Part shown: positions 21,169-29,874 of the stretch, piece after piece
Layout of the letters: every line of letters begins with the position of its first letter
How positions within the stretch are numbered: the first letter of the stretch is position 1
NCBI GenBank assembly: GCA_951813565.1
Contig: OX638351.1
Span: 3,776,001-3,840,000 of the forward strand
Reading direction: 5' to 3'
Source of the DNA: an uncultured Poribacteria bacterium
GTDB lineage: Bacteria; Poribacteria; WGA-4E; WGA-3G
DNA: 64,000 nt
Made by a program: the position numbers and the translations under genes
Notes under the pieces: generated by a model
The model's database searches: none
Seen by the model: only the letters and a program-made list of their open reading frames with translations
What the model was told of the DNA's origin: nothing

Positions 21169-21282
21169 AAACGATAATTATTACAGTATTTCCAACTGAC
21201 AAACCGTAGATCGTAATTGATTACCATACAATAAAATACACCATTTTTAGCCAATACAAAAGTGCTGCTTTTAGGAGGAATT

Positions 21283-22410
21283 ATGGCAAAATACGCAAAA
21301 GGCTCCGTTCATCCATCAGAACTACAGGAATTTGAGGATAACCAAACAGGCGCGCATATCTATCAACTCACAAACGATAACACTATCAACCATAACCTCT
21401 ATTTTCTTACCCCATCCTTTACACCTGACCAAAGCCTTATGATTTTTACCTCCTATCGTACAGGAAAGGCCAATTTTTTCAAACTTGAATTTCCAAATGG
21501 TGATATTGTGCAGCTTACCAACGGTGCGGAAGTTCATGGTTATTCTGGGGTAATCGCAAAAGATGGAACAGAACTCTTTTATACAGAAGGGGATTCCATT
21601 AAAGCAATCAATCTTGACACATTAGTGGAACGCGTGCTTGCGGAATTTGCGGGTGGTAGTCTTGGTGAATGCAGCGTCAGTGCTGATGAAAAGTTTATCG
21701 TGACAGCGATGAAACGTGATGGAAAATCACACATTACTGTTACTGCAACCGAAGGGAGCGGCGGTGAGATTATCTATACATCTCCTGAACAAACGATTAT
21801 CCACCCTCAGTTTCACCCAAAACACGCGGATATGATTGCTTATTCTGGCGACCCTGCACCACGTATGTGGACTATTAAACGTGATGGCACTGAAAATCGA
21901 AATCTCTATCAACATGACAATAATGAGTTTCTTGTCCATGAAACATTTCTTGGTTCGCAGGACGAATTGATTGTGACGCATTGGCCATACGCCTTGCGGC
22001 GCATATCGTTAGACACGCTTGAGATACAGACAATCTCAGATTTTAATGCATGGCACATTGCGAGTAATCGCGCGGGGACGAAGGTGCTGTGCGACACTGT
22101 GCATCCTGATATTGGGTTGCGGTTGGTTGATGTGGAAACGGGTGAACATGTGCCTATCTGTTATCCGCAGAGTTCGTCAAGTGGAAGTCAATGGAAAAAG
22201 GATCGGTATGCGGTGGCTGAAGATTGGGCTGCAGCACAACAGGCAGGGGATCGGGAGAAATCGTTGAGTTGGATGGAGATGAAGGTGGACACGGTGTATG
22301 GTCCGCAGTGGACACACCCGCATCCATCATTTAGTCCTGATGAAACAGCTGTGGTGTATACGTCGGATGTTTCGGGCCACTCACAGGTTTATGTAGCGGT
22401 GATTCCTTGA
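21283..22410 (+). CDS. Oligogalacturonate lyase-like beta-propeller protein
   Basis: NHNLYFLTPSFTPD, HETF, WH and THPHPSFSPD motifs. Confidence 0.85.
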   Translation: MAKYAKGSVHPSELQEFEDNQTGAHIYQLTNDNTINHNLYFLTPSFTPDQSLMIFTSYRTGKANFFKLEFPNGDIVQLTNGAEVHGYSGVIAKDGTELFYTEGDSIKAINLDTLVERVLAEFAGGSLGECSVSADEKFIVTAMKRDGKSHITVTATEGSGGEIIYTSPEQTIIHPQFHPKHADMIAYSGDPAPRMWTIKRDGTENRNLYQHDNNEFLVHETFLGSQDELIVTHWPYALRRISLDTLEIQTISDFNAWHIASNRAGTKVLCDTVHPDIGLRLVDVETGEHVPICYPQSSSSGSQWKKDRYAVAEDWAAAQQAGDREKSLSWMEMKVDTVYGPQWTHPHPSFSPDETAVVYTSDVSGHSQVYVAVIP

Positions 22411-22420
22411 GGGGAAAACT

Positions 22421-24457
22421 ATGCGGCAAGTTTATCGATATTGTTTATACGTTTTTATTGTGCTTTGTGTTTCGTGCATTACATTGGCACAAGAAGTTCA
22501 TTGGATGCCGGATATAAATTTACGCGTGGCGATTGAAGAAAAACTCGGATTGTCTGATGAAGTGCCGTTGACAAAAGAGAATATCAAACCGCTGATACAC
22601 CTTGAGGCACAGAACAAAGAGATTCGTTCAATACATGGTTTAGAATTTGCTCAAAACCTAACATATCTCAATTTAGGTAGCAATCAAGTACAAGATATAA
22701 ATCTGCTGCATAATTTAACGAAATTACGCGGATTAAGTCTGTATGCTAATCAAGTATCGGATTTGTCTTCTTTGGAGTCTTTGACATCCCTTGAATACCT
22801 GAACATGGCTCATAATCCAATAAGGGACCTCAGTCCTCTTTCAAATCACACCAATTTAGAAACGTTAGATCTGTTTGATTGTCAAATTTCTGATGTTAGC
22901 CCGCTTACAAGTCTAAAAAATTTGAAAAATTTAATACTTACACACAATCGTATCACAGATTTCAGTCCATTAGCGAATCTAATTAATTTACAAAGACTGG
23001 ATATCAGAGGAAATTTAGGGGATGATATAAGTTCATTGCAGAATTTGACCCTTGCCGAATTTAAATACGATGAAGTGTGTGAGATAGCACCTTTAGGAAC
23101 TTCTGTTATCTCTCGGATTCAGGCACGAAATTATCCTTTAGTGTTTCAAGCATGGGACAATCTTATCGGACCTATGGAAGATGAACAGACATGGAAAGAA
23201 ATCAGTCCTTGGAACAATGAAATGCTTTACACAGAACGTGTGACGAAGCATGATCTTCACTGGAGTCCTTTTTTCGGACTATGGTGGGAAACTTCTGAGG
23301 CGGAACCTACCTACGGGTTGTCAACCCAGTTAGGTGGTGATCTGGAAGCAGCAAAAGCGATACGCCAACAACGCCTTGATCGCAATCCTAATATGCTGTT
23401 TCTCGTTGAAATCCGAATCCACAACCACTTGCGGGCATCTGCATTTCCTTCAGACTCGGAGTTTTGGCTGAGAGATAGTAATAATCGGGTTCTACAGAAC
23501 AACGGTGGTGAGAGTATGATGGATATCTTGAACCCAAGTTTGCAGAATCTGCTTATTGATCGAATCGTTGCAATTGCTGGTTGTGGGCTTTTTGATGGTG
23601 TTATGATAGATGGATTCGCTTTAAACGCTATAGGCTTTGTGGGACGTCATCTCCACTCCGCGACAAATAAAGAAATCATTACAGCAACAAACCAAATTCT
23701 AAGCAACGTAAGGGCACGTGTCCGTAATGATTTTTTAATACTGGTGAATGTGAACCGCACGAAACCGACAGCCTACACCGAATATGTCAACGGAACTTTC
23801 ATGGAAACCGGGCACGATTCCAATGGCAGCTATACCCGCGAAGGACTACAGAAAATTGAGGACACGCTTCTGTGGGCGGAAACGCAGCTGCGAGAACCGC
23901 AGATCAACTGTTTAGAGGGCGAGGGTGTTGGGACATCTCCACCTAACAGTCCTGAGAATCAACGCTGGATGCGTGTGTTCACAACACTCAGTCTCACACA
24001 CTCTGATGGCTATGTGTTATATACCGATGGTACACGCTTTACTGATCCCAAAGCACCGGATCACAGACATCTCTGGTTTGACTTTTGGGACACCGATTTA
24101 GGACAACCAGTCGGCGAAAAAGCACAACTTTATGAAAACCGAGAAGGACTTTTCATCCGTGAGTTCACCAACGGTTGGGCAGTCTACAACCGCAGCGGAC
24201 AAGCACAACAAATTAGCCTCCCGATGCAGACGGCCGGCGTTGCAAGCGGTACTACCAGTTTCCAGCACACTGTCCCCGATTTAGACGGTGAAATGTATCT
24301 GAAAACTGAGGTGAATGCAGATGTCAACGGTGATGGCGTTGTGAATATACAAGACTTAGTTATAGTGGCGAATGCGTTTGGCGAAGCAGAACCCGAGCTC
24401 AATGGTGATGGCGTTGTAAATATCCAAGATTTGGTGATTGTAGCGAATGCGTTTTGA
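22421..24457 (+). CDS. Secreted internalin-like LRR protein with a putative glycoside-hydrolase-like domain and a C-terminal dockerin
   Basis: MPDINLR cap, 22-aa LRRs, FDGVMID, and two DVNGDGVVNIQDLV-type repeats. Confidence 0.85.
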   Translation: MRQVYRYCLYVFIVLCVSCITLAQEVHWMPDINLRVAIEEKLGLSDEVPLTKENIKPLIHLEAQNKEIRSIHGLEFAQNLTYLNLGSNQVQDINLLHNLTKLRGLSLYANQVSDLSSLESLTSLEYLNMAHNPIRDLSPLSNHTNLETLDLFDCQISDVSPLTSLKNLKNLILTHNRITDFSPLANLINLQRLDIRGNLGDDISSLQNLTLAEFKYDEVCEIAPLGTSVISRIQARNYPLVFQAWDNLIGPMEDEQTWKEISPWNNEMLYTERVTKHDLHWSPFFGLWWETSEAEPTYGLSTQLGGDLEAAKAIRQQRLDRNPNMLFLVEIRIHNHLRASAFPSDSEFWLRDSNNRVLQNNGGESMMDILNPSLQNLLIDRIVAIAGCGLFDGVMIDGFALNAIGFVGRHLHSATNKEIITATNQILSNVRARVRNDFLILVNVNRTKPTAYTEYVNGTFMETGHDSNGSYTREGLQKIEDTLLWAETQLREPQINCLEGEGVGTSPPNSPENQRWMRVFTTLSLTHSDGYVLYTDGTRFTDPKAPDHRHLWFDFWDTDLGQPVGEKAQLYENREGLFIREFTNGWAVYNRSGQAQQISLPMQTAGVASGTTSFQHTVPDLDGEMYLKTEVNADVNGDGVVNIQDLVIVANAFGEAEPELNGDGVVNIQDLVIVANAF

Positions 24458-24580
24458 GTTCGAGGTTGAAAACTCCTCCTACAAGAGAAGATAAGAGGCG
24501 TAATAAATTGCGCGACTACAAACCCAGCATGTCAAAATAAATGTTTAAGTGTTTTTAGATTTGACTATGGTCTTAAGAGT

Positions 24581-25267
24581 TCAAGGAAGGGCAGGCACAA
24601 TATGAATTAGCGCATCTTCTTGTTCTGCGAAATTTCTGAGTTCTGGGTCAAGGTCTATTGCTTGTCCGAGGGAATCTAAAGATTTTTTCGGTTCATTTGT
24701 TAGGGCGTAAGCACACGCGAGATTATAATGTAATAGTGGCGCTTCAGGAAAAGTCTGAAGTGCATGCAGGCATATCTCACGAGCATTTTTGGGTTCGTTT
24801 TTTTGGAGATAGACAGTTGCTAAATTGACATAACCTTCTGCCATATCCGGTGCCATCTGTATCGCTTTTTTGAATGTTTCAATGGCTTGTGAATACTGTT
24901 CAGCAAACAAATAGGCTTGTCCAAGGTTGTTGTAAGCGGACGGAGCATCTTTAAAGAAAAGGGTACGGCTTTTGTTTTTGATCGCTTTTTGAAACGCCTC
25001 AATCGCCTTTTCCGGTTCTCCATTACGCATGTGGAAGGATGCTTTTCTGTAGTTGTCATTGAACTGTGTTTGGTGATGCCAAACCCATAGAAACAGTACG
25101 GTTACAGCAAGGCAAAACGTCATACAACCGATTCTGAATACTTTATTAGTAGGTGCTTGTTCAGCATCAGAATCTTCTGCAGATTCATGATCTTGATTTT
25201 CATTGGAATCTGTGTCAGTTTCTTCTATAGATTCATGTTCTTGGTCTTGAGTTTCGTTAGCAGTCAT
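24581..25267 (-). CDS. Membrane-anchored TPR protein
   Basis: Acidic N-terminus, one TM, and AYNNLG / GYVNLA / HYNLACAY repeats. Confidence 0.85.
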   Translation of the reverse strand: MTANETQDQEHESIEETDTDSNENQDHESAEDSDAEQAPTNKVFRIGCMTFCLAVTVLFLWVWHHQTQFNDNYRKASFHMRNGEPEKAIEAFQKAIKNKSRTLFFKDAPSAYNNLGQAYLFAEQYSQAIETFKKAIQMAPDMAEGYVNLATVYLQKNEPKNAREICLHALQTFPEAPLLHYNLACAYALTNEPKKSLDSLGQAIDLDPELRNFAEQEDALIHIVPALP

Positions 25268-25333
25268 AATTTGTTTGTAATGTAGAAGTAAATATCAAAA
25301 TAGGTTTTTTAGCCCTAAAGAAGGAAAAATCAA

Positions 25334-26389
25334 ATGAAAACTTACGGTTTTGGTATTATAGGGTGCGGAATGATTTCTGATTTTCATTCCGCCGCAATTT
25401 CCGATTTAGAACACGGTCAATTAGTTGCTGTGAGTTCTCGCAATGCTGACAATGCGAAACGACTCACAAATAAATATAACGTCAAAGGTTATGCCGATTA
25501 CAATGAAATGCTTAAACGTGATGACCTTGACATCGTTTGTGTTTGCACACCGAGTGGTGCACACCTTGAACCTGCAGTTGCCGCAGCAGAAGCGGGTAAA
25601 CATGTTATCGTTGAAAAACCGTTGGAAATTACTCTGCAACGGTGCGATGAAATTATCCAAGCTTGTGATGAAGCGGGTATTCGGTTATGTGCCATTTTCA
25701 ATTCACGGTTTACTGAGGGTTCTCAACTCGTAAAATCAACAATTGAGCGCGGGCGGTTCGGTAAGTTAACTTTAGGTAGCGCCTATATTAAGTGGTATCG
25801 TTCCCAAGAATATTATGATAGCGGTGGTTGGCGCGGCACGTGGAACCTTGATGGCGGCGGTGCCTTAATGAATCAATCTATTCACGCCATTGACCTGCTG
25901 CAGTATTTTATGGGTCCTGTCCAGTCTGTACAAGCATTTACCGACACTTTAGCACACGAACGCATTGAAGTTGAAGACGTTGCTGTTGCTGCGCTGCGGT
26001 TTAAAAACGGTGCGTTAGGTGTCATTGAAGGCACAACTGCTGCCTATCCCGGTATGTTCAAGAAAACCGAAATCTGTGGCACAAAAGGCACCGCGATTTT
26101 AGAGGAAGAGGACATTGTCAAATGGGAATTTGACCCTGAACTTCCTGAAGATGCTGAAATTCGGAAAAAATTCGCTCAACAGACAGATACCGGCGGTGGT
26201 GCTTCCGATCCACGTGCCATCAATAATGCGAATCACCGACGGCAGATGGAGAACCTTATCACTGGTCTTGAAAATGAGGCTTCACATTTGGTGGACGGTC
26301 GCGAGGGGCGTAAAGCGGTTGAAATTATCCTCGCAATCTATCATTCAAGTCGTGAAGGGCGTCCTGTTGAATTACCTCTTCCTGTTTAA
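25334..26389 (+). CDS. Gfo/Idh/MocA oxidoreductase
   Basis: GIIGCGMI, EKP and GGGALMNQSIH motifs. Confidence 0.93.
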   Translation: MKTYGFGIIGCGMISDFHSAAISDLEHGQLVAVSSRNADNAKRLTNKYNVKGYADYNEMLKRDDLDIVCVCTPSGAHLEPAVAAAEAGKHVIVEKPLEITLQRCDEIIQACDEAGIRLCAIFNSRFTEGSQLVKSTIERGRFGKLTLGSAYIKWYRSQEYYDSGGWRGTWNLDGGGALMNQSIHAIDLLQYFMGPVQSVQAFTDTLAHERIEVEDVAVAALRFKNGALGVIEGTTAAYPGMFKKTEICGTKGTAILEEEDIVKWEFDPELPEDAEIRKKFAQQTDTGGGASDPRAINNANHRRQMENLITGLENEASHLVDGREGRKAVEIILAIYHSSREGRPVELPLPV

Positions 26390-26403
26390 AAGCACATCAC
26401 AAT

Positions 26404-26501
26404 GTAGGTCGGGGTCTCTGTGCCCCGACATGCTGCTTTATGCCGTAACTCCTGCTATATACCAATCAGAACACAGACGGGCACAGAGACCCGCCTCTAC
26501 G
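26404..26501. repeat. Inverted REP pair between convergent genes
   Basis: GTAGGTCGGGGTCTCTGTGCCCCGAC and GGGCACAGAGACCCGCCTCTAC; the same family occurs at 48655-48953. Confidence 0.75.
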
Positions 26502-26519
26502 GTTCAATGCAATTTAGCA

Positions 26520-27485
26520 TTACGGATAATCAAATACTATCTTGACTGCTTCATCTTTTTTGTGCAGTGCCATTTCAAAACCTTTTTGTGCTTCGGTGAA
26601 AGGCAGATGATGTGTAATAATTGGTGACACATCAATACGTCCTTGCGCAATCATATCCATCGCTAACGGAAAATCATTCGGCACGTCTGGTCCGACAGAC
26701 CCGATAAATCGGATATTTTTCCTGAAGAATTCAGAGAAATGGAAACCGTATACTTCATCATCTGGCACCCCGAAAGCGAGTAGTGTTGCGCCGCGTTTTA
26801 GAAGTTGTAGGCACGTGTTGATTGTTTCCGTTTGATGTCCCACGACTTCAATCACAAGATCAGCCATCCTACCATCAGTAATCTCTTTAACTGCAGCGAC
26901 AAGGTCTTCATTTGCACTGTTGATTGTATGTGTGGCACGCATCTGCTTTGATACTTCAAGTCGAAAGTCAACCAAATCGGTAGTTATTACTGTTCTTGCA
27001 CCGAGATTGCTTAACATATGTGTAAAGAGTTGTCCCATCGGTCCCTGTCCTATAATGACTGTATCTAAATTGAGCAAATTGCCTAACTTTCGACATGCCC
27101 AAACGACAGTGCCAAGAGGCTGCGACATTAGGATGCAATCTTTTCGGTGAAAATCCACCAACGGCACAGTGACACTCTCATGTGATAGAAAATATTCTGA
27201 ACATCCACCGATATGACGTGGAAGTGCAAGCACCTCGTCTCCAACTTTGAATTTATCCGACTTGCTGGCAGTTATAACACCAATTGCCTCGTGAATAGAA
27301 AGACCAGGCCCATACGGATAACGATCAGCAGGCTGTTCAAGGACAAAAGATGGCATATCACTACCACAGATGGCACTGTGGATAGTTTTTAGCATTACTG
27401 TGCCATCAGGATAATCTGTCAAATTCGGTTTATCTATATCAATAATTTCGATATGATGTGGTGCAACAATTTGCCCCGCTTTCAT
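26520..27485 (-). CDS. Zinc-binding (MDR) dehydrogenase
   Basis: ICGSD, IHEAIG and GQGPMG motifs. Confidence 0.9.
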   Translation of the reverse strand: MKAGQIVAPHHIEIIDIDKPNLTDYPDGTVMLKTIHSAICGSDMPSFVLEQPADRYPYGPGLSIHEAIGVITASKSDKFKVGDEVLALPRHIGGCSEYFLSHESVTVPLVDFHRKDCILMSQPLGTVVWACRKLGNLLNLDTVIIGQGPMGQLFTHMLSNLGARTVITTDLVDFRLEVSKQMRATHTINSANEDLVAAVKEITDGRMADLVIEVVGHQTETINTCLQLLKRGATLLAFGVPDDEVYGFHFSEFFRKNIRFIGSVGPDVPNDFPLAMDMIAQGRIDVSPIITHHLPFTEAQKGFEMALHKKDEAVKIVFDYP

Positions 27486-27545
27486 AAAAACTCCTTTTAA
27501 ACTTTTTACAATGGTTGTCCGAGATAAATCTTGTTGCCTTTTATA

Positions 27546-27814
27546 ACCTAAGTTGCCACCTATGTAGCACAAACTTTATGAAGTTTAAGAAAATAATTCG
27601 GTAATTTAGCGAGGTTAGGAAACCTCGCCAGCAGGTGGGTACACCTGCTTTGTGCGGACAGAAAATTACCGAATTAAAAAATTAATCTTCATTTAGTTTG
27701 TGCATATTAGGACGCAAACTAAAAGTTTGCGCTACGATATTTCACGAATAATGAACTGTTCTCTATTAAAAATGGCGTCTGTGTGTCTAAAATCTTATAG
27801 GTAGCAACTTGGGT
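27546..27814 (+). mobile_element. 269-bp MITE, family B
   Basis: TIR ACCTAAGTTGCCACCTAT...ATAGGTAGCAACTTGGGT with a TTTTATA duplication; a partial copy starts at 7603. Confidence 0.85.
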
Positions 27815-27817
27815 TTT

Positions 27818-28115
27818 TATAGTAAAATCCATAATTATTTTTACGTTTTGTTCTTATGTAAATTTCAAACACGCCATAAATGTCCGAGGCGACAAGTCAT
27901 GGCGAATACCACACGGGGAGTGCCTAAAGACGAATGCGCTTGGTAGAATACGCTTTTGGTATTCTACATGATTCGCCATGATTCATACCGTTGATTTCTT
28001 GATTTGGCGCATGCTGCGTTGATTTGGCTGAATCATGCGGAATACCAAAAGCGTATTCCGCCAAAAGGCATTCATAGCGTTGATTTATGGATTTCGCTTC
28101 GTACTACCCAACCTT
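27818..28115. repeat. Family C MITE end followed by stacked hairpin units and a REP
   Basis: TATAGTAAAATCCATAAT... matches the reverse complement of 39600-39680; several CGTTGATT units follow. Confidence 0.65.
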
Positions 28116-28146
28116 CACTTGAATCGTTATTTCAAACTCACGTTTT

Positions 28147-29106
28147 TTACATAGAAGATAGGATAGACAAAACCTGTTCATGTAACGTTCCGTTGGTTGC
28201 TACAACGCCACGATTTTCGGTCATGCGTCTACCACTAAGGAAGTTAAGCTTTTTTCCGTTTGCATCTGTTACTTTTCCGCCTGCTTCCTCAACTATAATA
28301 AGTCCCGCTGCATGATCCCAAATGCACTCACGATAATCAGGATAAGCGGGATTAGGCAGACGAATATAGAGAGATGCTTCACCTCGTGCGACAATTCCAT
28401 ATTTTGCCTGGCTGTCTATTTGTAGAGGCGGTTTGTTAAGTCCTAATTCGTTTGCAATTTTAGTATGTGTGTTGCTGTCCCCATGTGTAGATTCAAAACT
28501 TTCTGCTAACCGAGATGCGTTTTCCGAAACGCTTATTTCTCCTAATAGTGTACCTTTTGTTGTATATATAGTTGTGCCTTCACCGCGAACAGCGATAAAG
28601 AGACATCCGCGTTCAGAATTGGTGACATCTAAGCGATGCGGCAGATTCGGACATCCTAAAACGCCAAGTTGTACCTCACCCTCAACAATCCATGCTAATG
28701 CGATAGCGTACTGATCGCGGCGAAGAAACCCTTTGGTACCATCAATTGGGTCAAGTGTCCAAAAACTTTCCTCAATTTCACCGCTTCCTCTATCAATCCA
28801 TTCACAAACGTTTTGATTTTGCACTTCACCTTTCACAAAACGTTTAACATAATCTGTGACACGATCCAAAAGTGTGGTATTGTGTTTTAGGGACTGAGCG
28901 TCCTCTTCAGCAATAATCGTGTCTGCAGGAAAGGCATCACCAATCGCTTTGCATATCAGTGCTTGCGATCCGAAGTCGGCAACGGTTACGGGACTACGGT
29001 CGCTTTTTTGAATGGCATCTGTTGATACCATCTCATCCTGTACCTGTTGACAAAGTTCTCCCGCTTTAAGAACTGCCTCTATTGCAATTTGTTTTTTAGA
29101 ATTCAT
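28147..29106 (-). CDS. 3'(2'),5'-bisphosphate nucleotidase (HAL2/SAL1-like)
   Basis: KSDRSPVTVADFGSQA, WTLDPIDGTKGFLR, DSQAKY and IWDHAAG motifs. Confidence 0.92.
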   Translation of the reverse strand: MNSKKQIAIEAVLKAGELCQQVQDEMVSTDAIQKSDRSPVTVADFGSQALICKAIGDAFPADTIIAEEDAQSLKHNTTLLDRVTDYVKRFVKGEVQNQNVCEWIDRGSGEIEESFWTLDPIDGTKGFLRRDQYAIALAWIVEGEVQLGVLGCPNLPHRLDVTNSERGCLFIAVRGEGTTIYTTKGTLLGEISVSENASRLAESFESTHGDSNTHTKIANELGLNKPPLQIDSQAKYGIVARGEASLYIRLPNPAYPDYRECIWDHAAGLIIVEEAGGKVTDANGKKLNFLSGRRMTENRGVVATNGTLHEQVLSILSSM

Positions 29107-29179
29107 TATAGTTACGACACGTTATGTATGTCAATTACCACATCCTTTGATTACGGCACGCGGAGCGTGCCTACTACTA

Positions 29180-29821
29180 TTAAAAAAGCGTTGATCTCGG
29201 AATATTTTTAGCCTCGTCCAGTTTACGTTTTGCTTCACTAATATCGTCTATGATGGTTCGACGCGTCGTAGTAAAATTGTCACTTTCTTGTCGGAGAATG
29301 TATGCTGGATTAAACGTAGCCATTGCAAAAGGGGCATAACGAGTATCCGTAAACCAAACACCGCGCTCCTCTGTAATTCGGAAGCGCGGATGAATGAGCA
29401 TTTTTGCAGCCGGAGCACCTAAACATAAAACCACCGAAGGTTGGATTAAGGTTAATTCACTATCAAGCCATTTTGAACACGCCTTAATTTCTGCTGCTTT
29501 CGGTGGACGGTTTTTCAACGCGCTTTCTTTTGTTCCCACTGCACGACATTTAATAATGTTTGTTAGCCAGATGTCGCTGCGTGTTAATCCACTTGCAACA
29601 AGCACCTCATCTAACATGTTGCCAGCTGGACCTGAAAATGGAAATCCTGTATGATTATCGGCTGCAGATGGACCTTCGCCAACAAGAACTAATTTTGCGT
29701 TGACTTCTCCACGACCACAGACGACGTTCACTCGGGTTTTAGCCAAATCGCAATCCGTACAAACGCTTGTGCGCTCTTTGAGACGTTGCATTTGTGTGTG
29801 GCGAGTCGAAATATTTTCCAT
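29180..29821 (-). CDS. Uracil-DNA glycosylase, family 4
   Basis: CTDC, VGEGP, TNIIKCR and NPAYILR motifs. Confidence 0.9.
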   Translation of the reverse strand: MENISTRHTQMQRLKERTSVCTDCDLAKTRVNVVCGRGEVNAKLVLVGEGPSAADNHTGFPFSGPAGNMLDEVLVASGLTRSDIWLTNIIKCRAVGTKESALKNRPPKAAEIKACSKWLDSELTLIQPSVVLCLGAPAAKMLIHPRFRITEERGVWFTDTRYAPFAMATFNPAYILRQESDNFTTTRRTIIDDISEAKRKLDEAKNIPRSTLF

Positions 29822-29874
29822 AACTCAGCGCGCACAGTTAGAACACCTATCCAGAATATTGTGTATCAAGTTTT

